In this document: in pieces, positions 45,413-54,314 of the stretch
How the letters are laid out: every line of letters begins with the position of its first letter
Numbering within the stretch: position 1 is the first letter of the stretch
Assembly: GCA_031256975.1 (NCBI GenBank)
Contig: JAIRPN010000002.1
Coordinates: forward strand, 4,837 to 68,836
Reading direction: 5' to 3'
DNA from: Verrucomicrobiales bacterium
GTDB lineage: Bacteria; Verrucomicrobiota; Verrucomicrobiia; Methylacidiphilales; JAAUTS01
DNA: 64,000 nt
Translations under genes and position numbers: made by a program
The notes under the pieces: generated by a model
What the model was told of the DNA's origin: nothing
What the model saw: the letters and a program-made list of their open reading frames with translations, nothing else
Database searches by the model: none

Positions 45413-46477
45413 ATGCGTGTTCTCGTTACCGGCATGATCGCAGGAATGGATGACGCCGGGTATATCGACAAAGTCGTCCAGCTCGGCGCCAAAAACCAGC
45501 GTGATATCAAAGTATTCAACGCCATCAACGAATTCACCAAGCACGGCAAAAAATCTCTCGAACGCCTGCTCGGTACCACCGATTATGTGTTCGAACTCAC
45601 CCGCGAACGCGAATATGAACGCATCGGTTACGAAATCCAGAAAAACGGCTACCAGGATGTCATCATCCGCGCCCCGGCCACCGTCGAGTGGAACCGCATC
45701 AACCGCAAATTCAAGGACCAGCGTTACATCCGCGATTTCATCAAGCCGGACATGATCGTCACGCTGATCGATGCCGAATGGCTGATCCAGCAAAAGATTG
45801 ATGCCCCGATCACGGCCGATCCTTTTTTAAAGGCACTCAAGGACCGTAATCACACCCTGTACGAAATTCTCTCGTGGATGAATGAGGAAGTCAGTCTGTC
45901 GGAAGATTGGGCCAAGTACATGAACATCCCGCATTACGTCATCGCCGTTGGCGAACCGCCGGAATGTTTGTACAAATTCGTCACCACACCAAACCCCTGG
46001 GTGGTGTACGCCAGTTACTCGATGACCTACGCCACGCCGGAAATGCGCAAGGAAGTAAACCGGGTGATCCATCGTCTGCGTGATTACGCCATCGTCATCG
46101 ACCCGCAAACGGTCGAAATCGGTGCCACTTACGCCAAGGAAAGCACCGCCAATAAGGAAGCGATTTACGCCTACACCGTGCATCGCGACTTGCACTGGTA
46201 CGTCGGCAAGGTACACGCCGTGGTTGCCATCCATCCCTATCCCGAGCGTCCGCCGCTTTCCGCCGGCATGATGGACGAACTCGGTCATGCCCGTGACTAT
46301 ATGAAGGCGCGTTACATGATTTTCCCGAAAGGGTTCTCACCTTTCACCACCGACAGTTACATCGAAAAAGGCCATCTGTTCGAAACTGCTGACGAATTTT
46401 TCAAATACCTCGAAACCGTCGAAAAACGACCGAAATTTGTTGGCGACTACCAATTGCAGGCTAACCTTAAGCTGTAA
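45413..46477 (+). CDS. Uncharacterised protein: archaeal adenylate-kinase-like N-domain plus nucleoside 2-deoxyribosyltransferase-like C-domain
   Basis: N-terminal RVLVTG..., IKPDMIVTLID; C-terminal VYASY...RDL...AVVA...SAGMMDELGHA...K. Codon usage is gene-like. The fold call is by eye. Confidence 0.65.
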   Translation: MRVLVTGMIAGMDDAGYIDKVVQLGAKNQRDIKVFNAINEFTKHGKKSLERLLGTTDYVFELTREREYERIGYEIQKNGYQDVIIRAPATVEWNRINRKFKDQRYIRDFIKPDMIVTLIDAEWLIQQKIDAPITADPFLKALKDRNHTLYEILSWMNEEVSLSEDWAKYMNIPHYVIAVGEPPECLYKFVTTPNPWVVYASYSMTYATPEMRKEVNRVIHRLRDYAIVIDPQTVEIGATYAKESTANKEAIYAYTVHRDLHWYVGKVHAVVAIHPYPERPPLSAGMMDELGHARDYMKARYMIFPKGFSPFTTDSYIEKGHLFETADEFFKYLETVEKRPKFVGDYQLQANLKL

Positions 46478-46479
46478 TT

Positions 46480-47127
46480 ATGAACATCGCCCAATTGATC
46501 GACCACACCCTGCTCAAACCCGACGCCCGCCTCGAAGATATCAAGCAACTTTGCCGCGAGGCCACCGAACACAATTTTTATTCTGTTTGCATCAATCCTT
46601 ACTGGATCAACACCGCAAAATCACTGCTGAAGGGCAGCGAAGTCAAAATCTGCACCGTTTGCGATTTCCCGCTCGGCGCCAGCCTGCCGCAAAACAATGC
46701 CTTTGCCGTCGCCAAGGCCATCGCCGCCGGAGCACATGAAATCGATATGGTCATGAATATCGGCGCCGCCTTGGACGGACACTGGAACTTTGTCGAACAC
46801 GAGATTCATGAAGTCGTCTCCATTGCCAACGGTCGTCCGGTCAAGGTGATCCTGGAAACCTGCCTGCTGAACGATGACCAGATTCGTGAGGCCTGCAAAA
46901 CCAGCGTTCGCGCCGGGGCGGCCTTTGTCAAAACCTCCACTGGTTTCAGCAAGGCCGGAGCCACTGTTGAAGCAGTCAAGTTGATGCGCGAAACTGTCGG
47001 CCCCAACATTGGCGTCAAGGCCTCCGGCGGAGTCCGCGCCGCCGCTGATGCCAAGGCGATGATCGACGCCGGAGCAAACCGTATCGGCAGCTCCGCCGGC
47101 GTGACTATTGTAAAAGAATGGCGCTAA
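46480..47127 (+). CDS. deoC: Deoxyribose-phosphate aldolase
   Basis: Motifs IDHTLLKP, EIDMV, FVKTSTGF and VKASGG. Confidence 0.97.
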   Translation: MNIAQLIDHTLLKPDARLEDIKQLCREATEHNFYSVCINPYWINTAKSLLKGSEVKICTVCDFPLGASLPQNNAFAVAKAIAAGAHEIDMVMNIGAALDGHWNFVEHEIHEVVSIANGRPVKVILETCLLNDDQIREACKTSVRAGAAFVKTSTGFSKAGATVEAVKLMRETVGPNIGVKASGGVRAAADAKAMIDAGANRIGSSAGVTIVKEWR

Positions 47128-47173
47128 CCCTCACCGTTAGCGTCTTCCGCCTTTTCGTCTATATTGCCTTCCT

Positions 47174-48364
47174 GTGAATGACCGGACTGCTGTTTCCCAT
47201 CCGCTAACCGCGGGACTCATCCGTTTGCTTGCCATAAGCGCCGGATTGACTGTTGCCAACATTTATTACAACCAGTCGTTGCTGCACCTGATCTCGCAAC
47301 ACTTCGGCGTTAGCGAATCAGCGGTCAGCACCATGGCCTTCACCACGCAGTTGGGTTATGCCACGGGATTGCTGCTGCTGGTGCCACTTGGCGACATCCT
47401 GAACCGCAAACGCCTGATCGTCGGCACGGCGGTCGGCGCCGGACTGAGTATGCTGGTAATCGCCTGGGCTCCCAACCTGACGCTAATGGTGATCGCCAGT
47501 TATATCATGGGCACCATTTGCATCACTCCGCAAATCATCGTACCCTACGCCGTTAGCCTGGCCGAACCGGAACGCCGCGGCAAAATTGTCGGCATGGTCA
47601 TGGCCGGATTGCTGGTCGGGATTTTGGCCTCCAGAAGCGCCTCCGGTTTTCTGGGGGAGTGGATCGGCTGGCGGGAAGTTTTTGTCGTCGGCGCTACTGT
47701 CACCCTGCTGAATGCGCTGGCCTTGTATTTTTTCCTGCCTCCCCCGCCGAAACCGGAAGGCAAATTATCCTATCACCGCCTGTTGTTCTCGCTGCTGCCT
47801 TTGCTGTGGGAGGAACCGGTTTTACGTCGTCATTCCCTGCTCGGATTCCTGAGTTTCGGCGCCTTTAGCGCCTTCTGGACTTCGTTATCTTTTTATCTCG
47901 CCAACCGTCCGGAACATTACGGCAGCCAAGTTGTTGGCCTGTTCGCCCTGATTGCCGTGGCGGGTGCTGTTGCCGCCCCGATCGCCGGACATTTTTCCGA
48001 CAAGATCAATGCCAAGGTGGTCAATGGCTTGGCGCTAACCACCATGATGCTCGGCTTTGCGGCAATGGGACTGGCGGATTATTCGTTGATCTTTTTGGGC
48101 ATCGGTATTTTCCTGATGGATGCAGGAGCCCAAGCCAACCAGATTTCCAACCAAACCCGTATCTATTCCTTGGCACCGGCCTTGCGCAGCCGCATCACTT
48201 CGGTTTACATGGTCATGTATTTCCTCGGCGGCGCAAGCGGTTCGATCATTGGCGCCCACGCTTGGGAATGGTGGCGTTGGACCGGAGTCTGTGGTACCGG
48301 CATTGTCATGTCCCTGTTAGCGTTGGCCTGCCTGTTCATCCGCAACACCCGGCATCAAGCTTAG
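47174..48364 (+). CDS. MFS transporter
   Basis: About 12 TM helices; ANIYYNQ and PLGD...RK motif A. Confidence 0.92.
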   Translation: MNDRTAVSHPLTAGLIRLLAISAGLTVANIYYNQSLLHLISQHFGVSESAVSTMAFTTQLGYATGLLLLVPLGDILNRKRLIVGTAVGAGLSMLVIAWAPNLTLMVIASYIMGTICITPQIIVPYAVSLAEPERRGKIVGMVMAGLLVGILASRSASGFLGEWIGWREVFVVGATVTLLNALALYFFLPPPPKPEGKLSYHRLLFSLLPLLWEEPVLRRHSLLGFLSFGAFSAFWTSLSFYLANRPEHYGSQVVGLFALIAVAGAVAAPIAGHFSDKINAKVVNGLALTTMMLGFAAMGLADYSLIFLGIGIFLMDAGAQANQISNQTRIYSLAPALRSRITSVYMVMYFLGGASGSIIGAHAWEWWRWTGVCGTGIVMSLLALACLFIRNTRHQA

Positions 48365-48367
48365 CTA

Positions 48368-49186
48368 TTAGCGAGCCTGTTTGCGCCAACGGCTTGGCGT
48401 CATCCCGGCATGCGCACGGAACCAACGGGCAAAATAATTCTGGTCGGCAAAACCAAGCCGTTCCGCCACCTCACCAATGCTGCTGTCCTGCCGCAACAAA
48501 CGCTTGGCGCGGGAAATCAATTCTTGGTTGCGTAATTGCCCAAGCGTCAAACCACATTGTTGGCGCAGCAGGCGGTTGAGATAATCCAGCTGGTAGCCCA
48601 CCTTCGCCGCAATCTGCTCCAAGCGAAGTTCGCTGTTAGCGGGATCGGTAACGGCCAGTCTCACCCGTTTTAGCAACGGGGATTCCAAATTGGTCTTTGC
48701 TACCGAGAGCAATCCCGCGCCTTTCAGGGCCACATCCAGAATCTGCAAAATCAATCCGGCCACATTCAATTGGTTTGCCGCCGGGTCGGATTTGGCGCTA
48801 ATCATCAGCTCGGAAAGTTGCTGGCGAATCAAGGCCATCTGGGTCTGGGTCAATTGGCCGGAACTGTTCGTTCGTTCGTCCTTGGCATCAAAATTAAAGT
48901 CGATCGCCAGGCACAAAGGCCGCCGCCCCACTGTCTCGCGAAATGCATGCGCGCATCCCCGTTTCAAAAACACCACCGTGCCGGTGCGGACAAAGATCTG
49001 ACGATCCTGAAAAATCTGGATGCCTCGCCCGGCGAAATACACCAGCAACTGGTCGAATTCGTGCTGATGCAGGGCGATGGCATCCAATTCCCGCAGGTGG
49101 CGGTTGAGTTGCAGATGAAAAACCTTCAACCCCGGCATATTGATATCCAGATTCTGCAAGTAGAGCGGGTTGAAGTTTTTCACCAC
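48368..49186 (-). CDS. AraC family regulator (cupin plus HTH)
   Basis: HQHEFDQ cupin motif; C-terminal GFADQNYFARWFR...GMTP. Confidence 0.92.
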   Translation of the reverse strand: MVKNFNPLYLQNLDINMPGLKVFHLQLNRHLRELDAIALHQHEFDQLLVYFAGRGIQIFQDRQIFVRTGTVVFLKRGCAHAFRETVGRRPLCLAIDFNFDAKDERTNSSGQLTQTQMALIRQQLSELMISAKSDPAANQLNVAGLILQILDVALKGAGLLSVAKTNLESPLLKRVRLAVTDPANSELRLEQIAAKVGYQLDYLNRLLRQQCGLTLGQLRNQELISRAKRLLRQDSSIGEVAERLGFADQNYFARWFRAHAGMTPSRWRKQAR

Positions 49187-49215
49187 CCGACGCTAACTGT
49201 AATTATTACAAAAAT

Positions 49216-49270
49216 AAAGTCGATTTTATGCTAATTATACTCGCCTTGTTCTAACGCTTTCATCGACTTT
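49216..49270. promoter_or_regulatory. Inverted 9-bp repeat in the divergent AraC/SDR promoter region
   Basis: AAAGTCGAT at 49216 and ATCGACTTT at 49262. Confidence 0.35.
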
Positions 49271-49287
49271 TTGGTTACTGTTTACCC

Positions 49288-50079
49288 ATGGCTCAGGAAA
49301 ATCCAGTCGTTCTCGTAACCGGCGCCAGTCGCGGATTGGGCCGCGGCATCGCCACCGAACTCGCCGCCAAGGGCTATTCGGTTGTCATCAACTATGCAGG
49401 CAATGCCAAAGCCGCCGATGAAACCGTGGCACTTTGCCAAAAGGCCGCCATTAGCGCCTCGCAACAATTCACCACCGTGCAGGCCGATATCGGCAAGTCT
49501 GAAGATCGCAAACGTCTGGTCTCTGAATCCATTGAAAAGCTTGGCCGCATCGATGCTTTGGTCAATAACGCCGGCATCGCGCCCCGCGTCCGCGCCGACA
49601 TCACCGAAGCCACCGAGGAATCCTTCGATGAAGTGATCGGCACCAATCTGAAAGGTCCCTACTTCCTAACCCAGGCTGTGGTGAATTACTGGCTCAAACA
49701 AAAACCGACTTCGCTATTGGCGGGCGGTTTCAAAGTAATTTTTGTCACTTCAATGTCGGTTTACACCGCCTCGGTCAATCGCGGCGACTACTGCATCTCC
49801 AAGGCCGGACTCGGCATGGTCAACAAACTCTGGGCTTCGCGCCTGGCGACCGAGGGGGTACAGGTGTTTGAAATCCGCCCCGGCATCATGGAAACCGACA
49901 TGACCAGCGGCGTCAAAGGCAAGTACGACGCCTTGCTCGATACCCTCGTCCCGCAAAAACGCTGGGGGCAACCGAGCGACGTCGGCCAAGCCGCCTGTGC
50001 CATTATTAGCGGCGCTTTCCCCTTCTCCACCGGCGACGTCTTCAACGTCGACGGCGGTTTCCACCTGCAACGACTCTGA
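49288..50079 (+). CDS. Short-chain dehydrogenase/reductase (FabG-like)
   Basis: Motifs TGASRGLG, NNAG and YCISK. Confidence 0.93.
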   Translation: MAQENPVVLVTGASRGLGRGIATELAAKGYSVVINYAGNAKAADETVALCQKAAISASQQFTTVQADIGKSEDRKRLVSESIEKLGRIDALVNNAGIAPRVRADITEATEESFDEVIGTNLKGPYFLTQAVVNYWLKQKPTSLLAGGFKVIFVTSMSVYTASVNRGDYCISKAGLGMVNKLWASRLATEGVQVFEIRPGIMETDMTSGVKGKYDALLDTLVPQKRWGQPSDVGQAACAIISGAFPFSTGDVFNVDGGFHLQRL

Positions 50080-50093
50080 CCGGAATTCCCATC

Positions 50094-51458
50094 ATGATCA
50101 AAATCGACCACAACTTAAAACCCGCCGACCTCAAGTCCGGCGTTGACCAACTGTTCAAACTTTCCGGTGAAAAAATCCTCGCCATCGAAAAACGCTGGAA
50201 TCCCGCCGATGGCACTCCGGTGTTCACCGCCCACGGCAAGTACACCAGCCGCGGCTGGACCGAATGGACCCAGGGCTTCCAGTTCGGCTCCGCCATCCTG
50301 CAATTCGACGTCACCGGCGATGAGCAATTCCTCAAGATCGGTCGCGACAAAACGCTAACCGTGATGGCCCCTCATCTTAGCCACATTGGTGTGCACGATC
50401 ACGGTTTCAACAATGTCAGCACCTATGGCAATTTGTTACGTCTACTGAACGAAGGCCGCATCGCCAACAACGAATGGGAAAAGAATTTTTACGAACTCGC
50501 GTTGAAATGCTCCGGCGCGGTACAGGCTTCCCGTTGGACCCAATTGAACGTCGAACTCGGCTACGTCCGTTCCTTCAACGGCCCGCACTCCTTGTTCGCC
50601 GACACCATCCGTTCCATGCGCTCCCTGGCGGTGGCCTACCAGCTCGGTCACGTGCTGATGGGGGAAAAGGATGAGAAAATCTCGCTATTGAAGCGTCTGC
50701 TGCAACACGCGGAAACCACCGCCCGCTATAATGTTTACTTTGGCACCGGTCGTGATTTCTACGATGTCCGCGGCCGCGCAGCGCACGAATCCATCTTCAA
50801 CCTCACCGACGGTTCCTATCGCTGCCCGAGTTCACAGCAAGGTTACGCGCCATTCAGTACCTGGACGCGCGGACTGGCTTGGATCGTGCTCGGTTTTGCC
50901 GAAGAACTGGAATTCCTCGCACAATTGCCGGAAAAAGAATTCTCCGCCATTGGCACCGATAAAAAAGCTATTCTGGCCCGTTTCGAGGAAACCGCCCGTG
51001 CCACTGCGGATTTCTATCTCGAATACACCCCGACCTGCGGCGTTCCTTACTGGGACACCGGCGCGCCGGAATTACACAAGCTTGGGGATTATCTCAATCG
51101 TCCTGCCGAGCCCTTCAACGATCACGAGCCTGTGGACAGTTCCGCCGCAGCGATCACCGCACAAGGCTTGCTGCGTCTGGGCAAATACCTCGGGGCCAAA
51201 GGTCAGAATTATTTCCAGGCCGGGTTGACAGTGGCCAAGACCTTATTCTCCGAAACTTATCTGTCACTGGACTCTAACCACGAAGGCTTGATTTTGCATT
51301 CCGTCTATCACCGCCCGAACGGTTGGGACGTGATTCCGCAGGGCAAAAAGGTTCCCTGCAACGAATCCTCGATGTGGGGCGATTACCATGCGCGCGAATT
51401 AGCGCTTGTCGTGAAACGTCTCGCGAACAACGAACCCTATTACAAATTCTTTTTATGA
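50094..51458 (+). CDS. GH88-like unsaturated glycuronyl hydrolase
   Basis: Motifs WTQGF, HDHGF, WTRGLAW, DSSAAAI and WGDY. Confidence 0.82.
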   Translation: MIKIDHNLKPADLKSGVDQLFKLSGEKILAIEKRWNPADGTPVFTAHGKYTSRGWTEWTQGFQFGSAILQFDVTGDEQFLKIGRDKTLTVMAPHLSHIGVHDHGFNNVSTYGNLLRLLNEGRIANNEWEKNFYELALKCSGAVQASRWTQLNVELGYVRSFNGPHSLFADTIRSMRSLAVAYQLGHVLMGEKDEKISLLKRLLQHAETTARYNVYFGTGRDFYDVRGRAAHESIFNLTDGSYRCPSSQQGYAPFSTWTRGLAWIVLGFAEELEFLAQLPEKEFSAIGTDKKAILARFEETARATADFYLEYTPTCGVPYWDTGAPELHKLGDYLNRPAEPFNDHEPVDSSAAAITAQGLLRLGKYLGAKGQNYFQAGLTVAKTLFSETYLSLDSNHEGLILHSVYHRPNGWDVIPQGKKVPCNESSMWGDYHARELALVVKRLANNEPYYKFFL

Positions 51459-52276
51459 TTAGCGACCTGTCTAAGCTTTGCGTCCACACCATCACCACCA
51501 AACCCTGGGCGATTGAGGATGCCGTGGTCAACTATTCCAAGGCCGGTGTAAAAGGCATCACCATTTGGCGCAACGCCATTGAGGGACGCGATTTGACCAA
51601 GGTCAAATCCCATATCGCCAATCACGGATTGGAAGTGGTTTCGCTTTGCCGTGGCGGATTCTTCCCTGCTCTCGATACCAAAGGCCGTCAAACTGCCATT
51701 GACGACAATAAGCGCGCTATCGATGAAGCTGCTGCCGTCGGCGCCCCGCACGTGGTATTGGTTTGTGGCGCGGTTCCGCAACAATCCTTGTTCGAATCCC
51801 GCAAGCAAATTGCCGACGGCATCGCCGCCGTGCTGCCGCACGCCAAACAGGCCGGAGTCAAGCTAGCTATCGAGCCCCTGCACCCGATGTACGCGAATGA
51901 CCGTTCCGCGGTCAACACGCTGAAACAAGCCAATGACCTGTGCGACCAACTGGCTTCACCGCTGGTGGGCGTGGCGGTGGATGTCTATCACTTGTGGTGG
52001 GACGACAGCTTGGAACAGGAAATCAAGCGTTGCGGCAAATCCGGCTACCTGTTCGCCTTCCACATCTGCGACTGGAAAACCCCGACCACCGATTTCCTCA
52101 ATGACCGCGGGCTGATGGGCGAAGGCTGCATCAATATCCCGCAGATCCGTTCCTGGGTGGAGTCCGCCGGCTTCAAGGGTTTCAATGAAGTTGAAATTTT
52201 CTCCAATCTTCACTGGGCCAAATGTCAGGACTCGTTCCTCCAGGAAATCACCCAGGCTTATTTGCAACATTCCTAA
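51455..52276 (+). CDS. Sugar phosphate isomerase/epimerase (xylose isomerase-like TIM barrel)
   Basis: Motifs LAIEPLHP, DVYH, HICDW, RGLMGEG and EVEIF; ATGA overlap with the upstream gene. Confidence 0.9.
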   Translation: MISDLSKLCVHTITTKPWAIEDAVVNYSKAGVKGITIWRNAIEGRDLTKVKSHIANHGLEVVSLCRGGFFPALDTKGRQTAIDDNKRAIDEAAAVGAPHVVLVCGAVPQQSLFESRKQIADGIAAVLPHAKQAGVKLAIEPLHPMYANDRSAVNTLKQANDLCDQLASPLVGVAVDVYHLWWDDSLEQEIKRCGKSGYLFAFHICDWKTPTTDFLNDRGLMGEGCINIPQIRSWVESAGFKGFNEVEIFSNLHWAKCQDSFLQEITQAYLQHS

Positions 52277-52294
52277 CCTCAACTGAAAAAAATT

Positions 52295-53443
52295 ATGAAA
52301 GAACATAAAATCGGCATCATCATGAACGGCGTCACTGGACGCATGGGCACTAACCAGCATCTGGTCCGCTCGATCCTGGCAATCCGCAAACAAGGCGGGG
52401 TCAAGGTCGGCAGCGGCGAAGTCATCATGCCCGACCCCATCCTGGTCGGCCGCAACGAGGACAAGATTCGCAAGTTGGCGGAAACCTATGGCGTCGAGCG
52501 TTACTCGACTGACTTGGACAAGTGCCTGAAGGACGATTACAACCAGATTTATTTCGATTCACAAACCACCACCCTGCGCGCCGATGGCGTACGCAAAGCG
52601 ATTGCCGCGAAGAAAGCCATCTATTGCGAAAAACCGACCGCCGTTAGTGCGGAGGAAGCATTGGCTTTATATAAGGAAGCCACCGCTGCCGGATTGAAAA
52701 ACGGCGTGGTGCAGGACAAGCTCTGGCTGCCCGGTTTGATGAAATTAAAATATCTCATCGACACCGGTTTCTTCGGCAAGATTCTTTCGGTACGCGGCGA
52801 ATTCGGTTACTGGGTTTTCACCGGTGAACATGAAGCGCTGCAACGTCCTTCATGGAATTACCGCAAGGAAGACGACGGCGGCATCATTGTCGACATGCTC
52901 TGCCACTGGCGCTATGTCATCGACAATTTGTTCGGCAACGTCAATTCCCTGACCTGCCTCGGCGCCACACACATCCCAACCCGTTGGGATGAGAATGGCA
53001 AGCCTTACACCTGCACTGCCGATGACTCGGCTTATGCTACGATGGTTACTGACCAGAATATCATCTGCCACTTCAACTCCTCCTGGGCCGTGCGTGTCAA
53101 ACGTGATGACCTGTTGACCTTGCAAGTGGACGGCACCAACGGTTCCGCCGTCGCGGGCCTGCGTAATTGTACGGCACAACACCACGCAGCAACCCCGCGT
53201 TGCGTGTGGAACCCGGACATCGACAGCCCGATTGATTACAAGGCTGGCTGGACTGAAGTCCCCACCAATCAGGTTTTCGACAACGCCTTCAAGGTCCAAT
53301 GGGAATTGTTCCTCAAGCATGTCGTCAAGGACGAGCCGTTCCGCTGGAGTCTCCTCGAAGGCGCCAAAGGCGTGCAAATGGCGGAACTCGGATTGAAGTC
53401 CTGGGCAGAAAAACGCTGGCTGGATGTGCCTAAATTGTCCTGA
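52295..53443 (+). CDS. Gfo/Idh/MocA family oxidoreductase
   Basis: Motifs NGVTGRMG, YCEKP and GGIIVDMLCH. Confidence 0.92.
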   Translation: MKEHKIGIIMNGVTGRMGTNQHLVRSILAIRKQGGVKVGSGEVIMPDPILVGRNEDKIRKLAETYGVERYSTDLDKCLKDDYNQIYFDSQTTTLRADGVRKAIAAKKAIYCEKPTAVSAEEALALYKEATAAGLKNGVVQDKLWLPGLMKLKYLIDTGFFGKILSVRGEFGYWVFTGEHEALQRPSWNYRKEDDGGIIVDMLCHWRYVIDNLFGNVNSLTCLGATHIPTRWDENGKPYTCTADDSAYATMVTDQNIICHFNSSWAVRVKRDDLLTLQVDGTNGSAVAGLRNCTAQHHAATPRCVWNPDIDSPIDYKAGWTEVPTNQVFDNAFKVQWELFLKHVVKDEPFRWSLLEGAKGVQMAELGLKSWAEKRWLDVPKLS

Positions 53444-53481
53444 TTCAGTTTGTTTTCAGGTAAACTCTTTTTACAGCCGAT

Positions 53482-53516
53482 AAAAAAACTGCCGGTTCTT
53501 CTCCGGCAGTTTTTTT
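53482..53516 (+). terminator. Rho-independent terminator
   Basis: A7-CTGCCGG-loop-CCGGCAG-T7. Confidence 0.88.
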
Positions 53517-53727
53517 GCATCCTATTATCGGCCGTTAATTGTATTTACTCCTACCGTGTGAATAAAAATCTAACCTCTTATTGATGCCGAAGTTAGCTAC
53601 TATTCATTTAATTCCACATCCGAAAGATTTTGGTTATTAATCCCGTTTCCAGTCCATGTCTACAAGATTATACTTGGCTCCAATTAACTGATTAGGCAAA
53701 TTTTTCCGTAAAAAACCGGCCGTTTCC

Positions 53728-53755
53728 TAGACAAATCCCAAACAGGTGTTAGATT
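53728..53755 (+). promoter_or_regulatory. Candidate promoter of the AP2 gene
   Basis: TAGACA-16 nt-TAGATT with an extended-10 TG; a TATAAT also lies at 53762. Confidence 0.35.
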
Positions 53756-53801
53756 GTTTCCTATAATAAGGGAGTAACTTAAACAAACATTATAAATAAT
53801 T

Positions 53802-54251
53802 ATGGCTAAATCCAAAACTCGTAAAAGACGGACTCCGGGCGTGAGCCGGATCGATCAACCCGAAAAACATAACCACGGTTTTTATGTGCGCCTGACCCGC
53901 AATGGCAAACGTTTCGCCAAGTTCTTTTCCGACCGCGCCCATGGCGGCAAGGAAAAAGCCCTGACAGCGGCATCCAAATATTATGCCGAGCTGGACAAGA
54001 AGTATCCCCGCATGGCCCGCAAGGCGTTTGCGCAAATCGCGCGTCGCGCCAACAAAACCGGCATCCTCGGCGTGAGCAAGATCACCAAGGACGTCAAAGG
54101 CAAGGTCTACAAGTTCTGGCAGGCGACCTGGAGCCCGGTGCCGGGCGAAGTCGCCAAGAAGGCTTTCTCCATCAAGAAGTATGGTGATGAAAAGGCCAAG
54201 GTCCTCGCCATCAAGGCCCGCAAAAAGGGCGTCAGCGAAATGGCGGATTAA
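53802..54251 (+). CDS. Small basic protein with two AP2-like DNA-binding domains
   Basis: GVSRID...GFYVRL..NGK...KFFSD..HGG.EKAL and NKTGILGVS...WQATW...KAFSIKKYGDEKAKVLAIKAR; very K/R-rich. Confidence 0.8.
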   Translation: MAKSKTRKRRTPGVSRIDQPEKHNHGFYVRLTRNGKRFAKFFSDRAHGGKEKALTAASKYYAELDKKYPRMARKAFAQIARRANKTGILGVSKITKDVKGKVYKFWQATWSPVPGEVAKKAFSIKKYGDEKAKVLAIKARKKGVSEMAD

Positions 54252-54267
54252 TTTCCCAAAAAACATC

Positions 54268-54300
54268 AAACCCCGCATCCGCATGGTGCGGGGTTTTTTA
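54268..54300 (+). terminator. Rho-independent terminator
   Basis: AAACCCCGCATC-loop-GGTGCGGGGTTT followed by TTT. Confidence 0.88.
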
Positions 54301-54314
54301 TTTCACGGTTAGCG

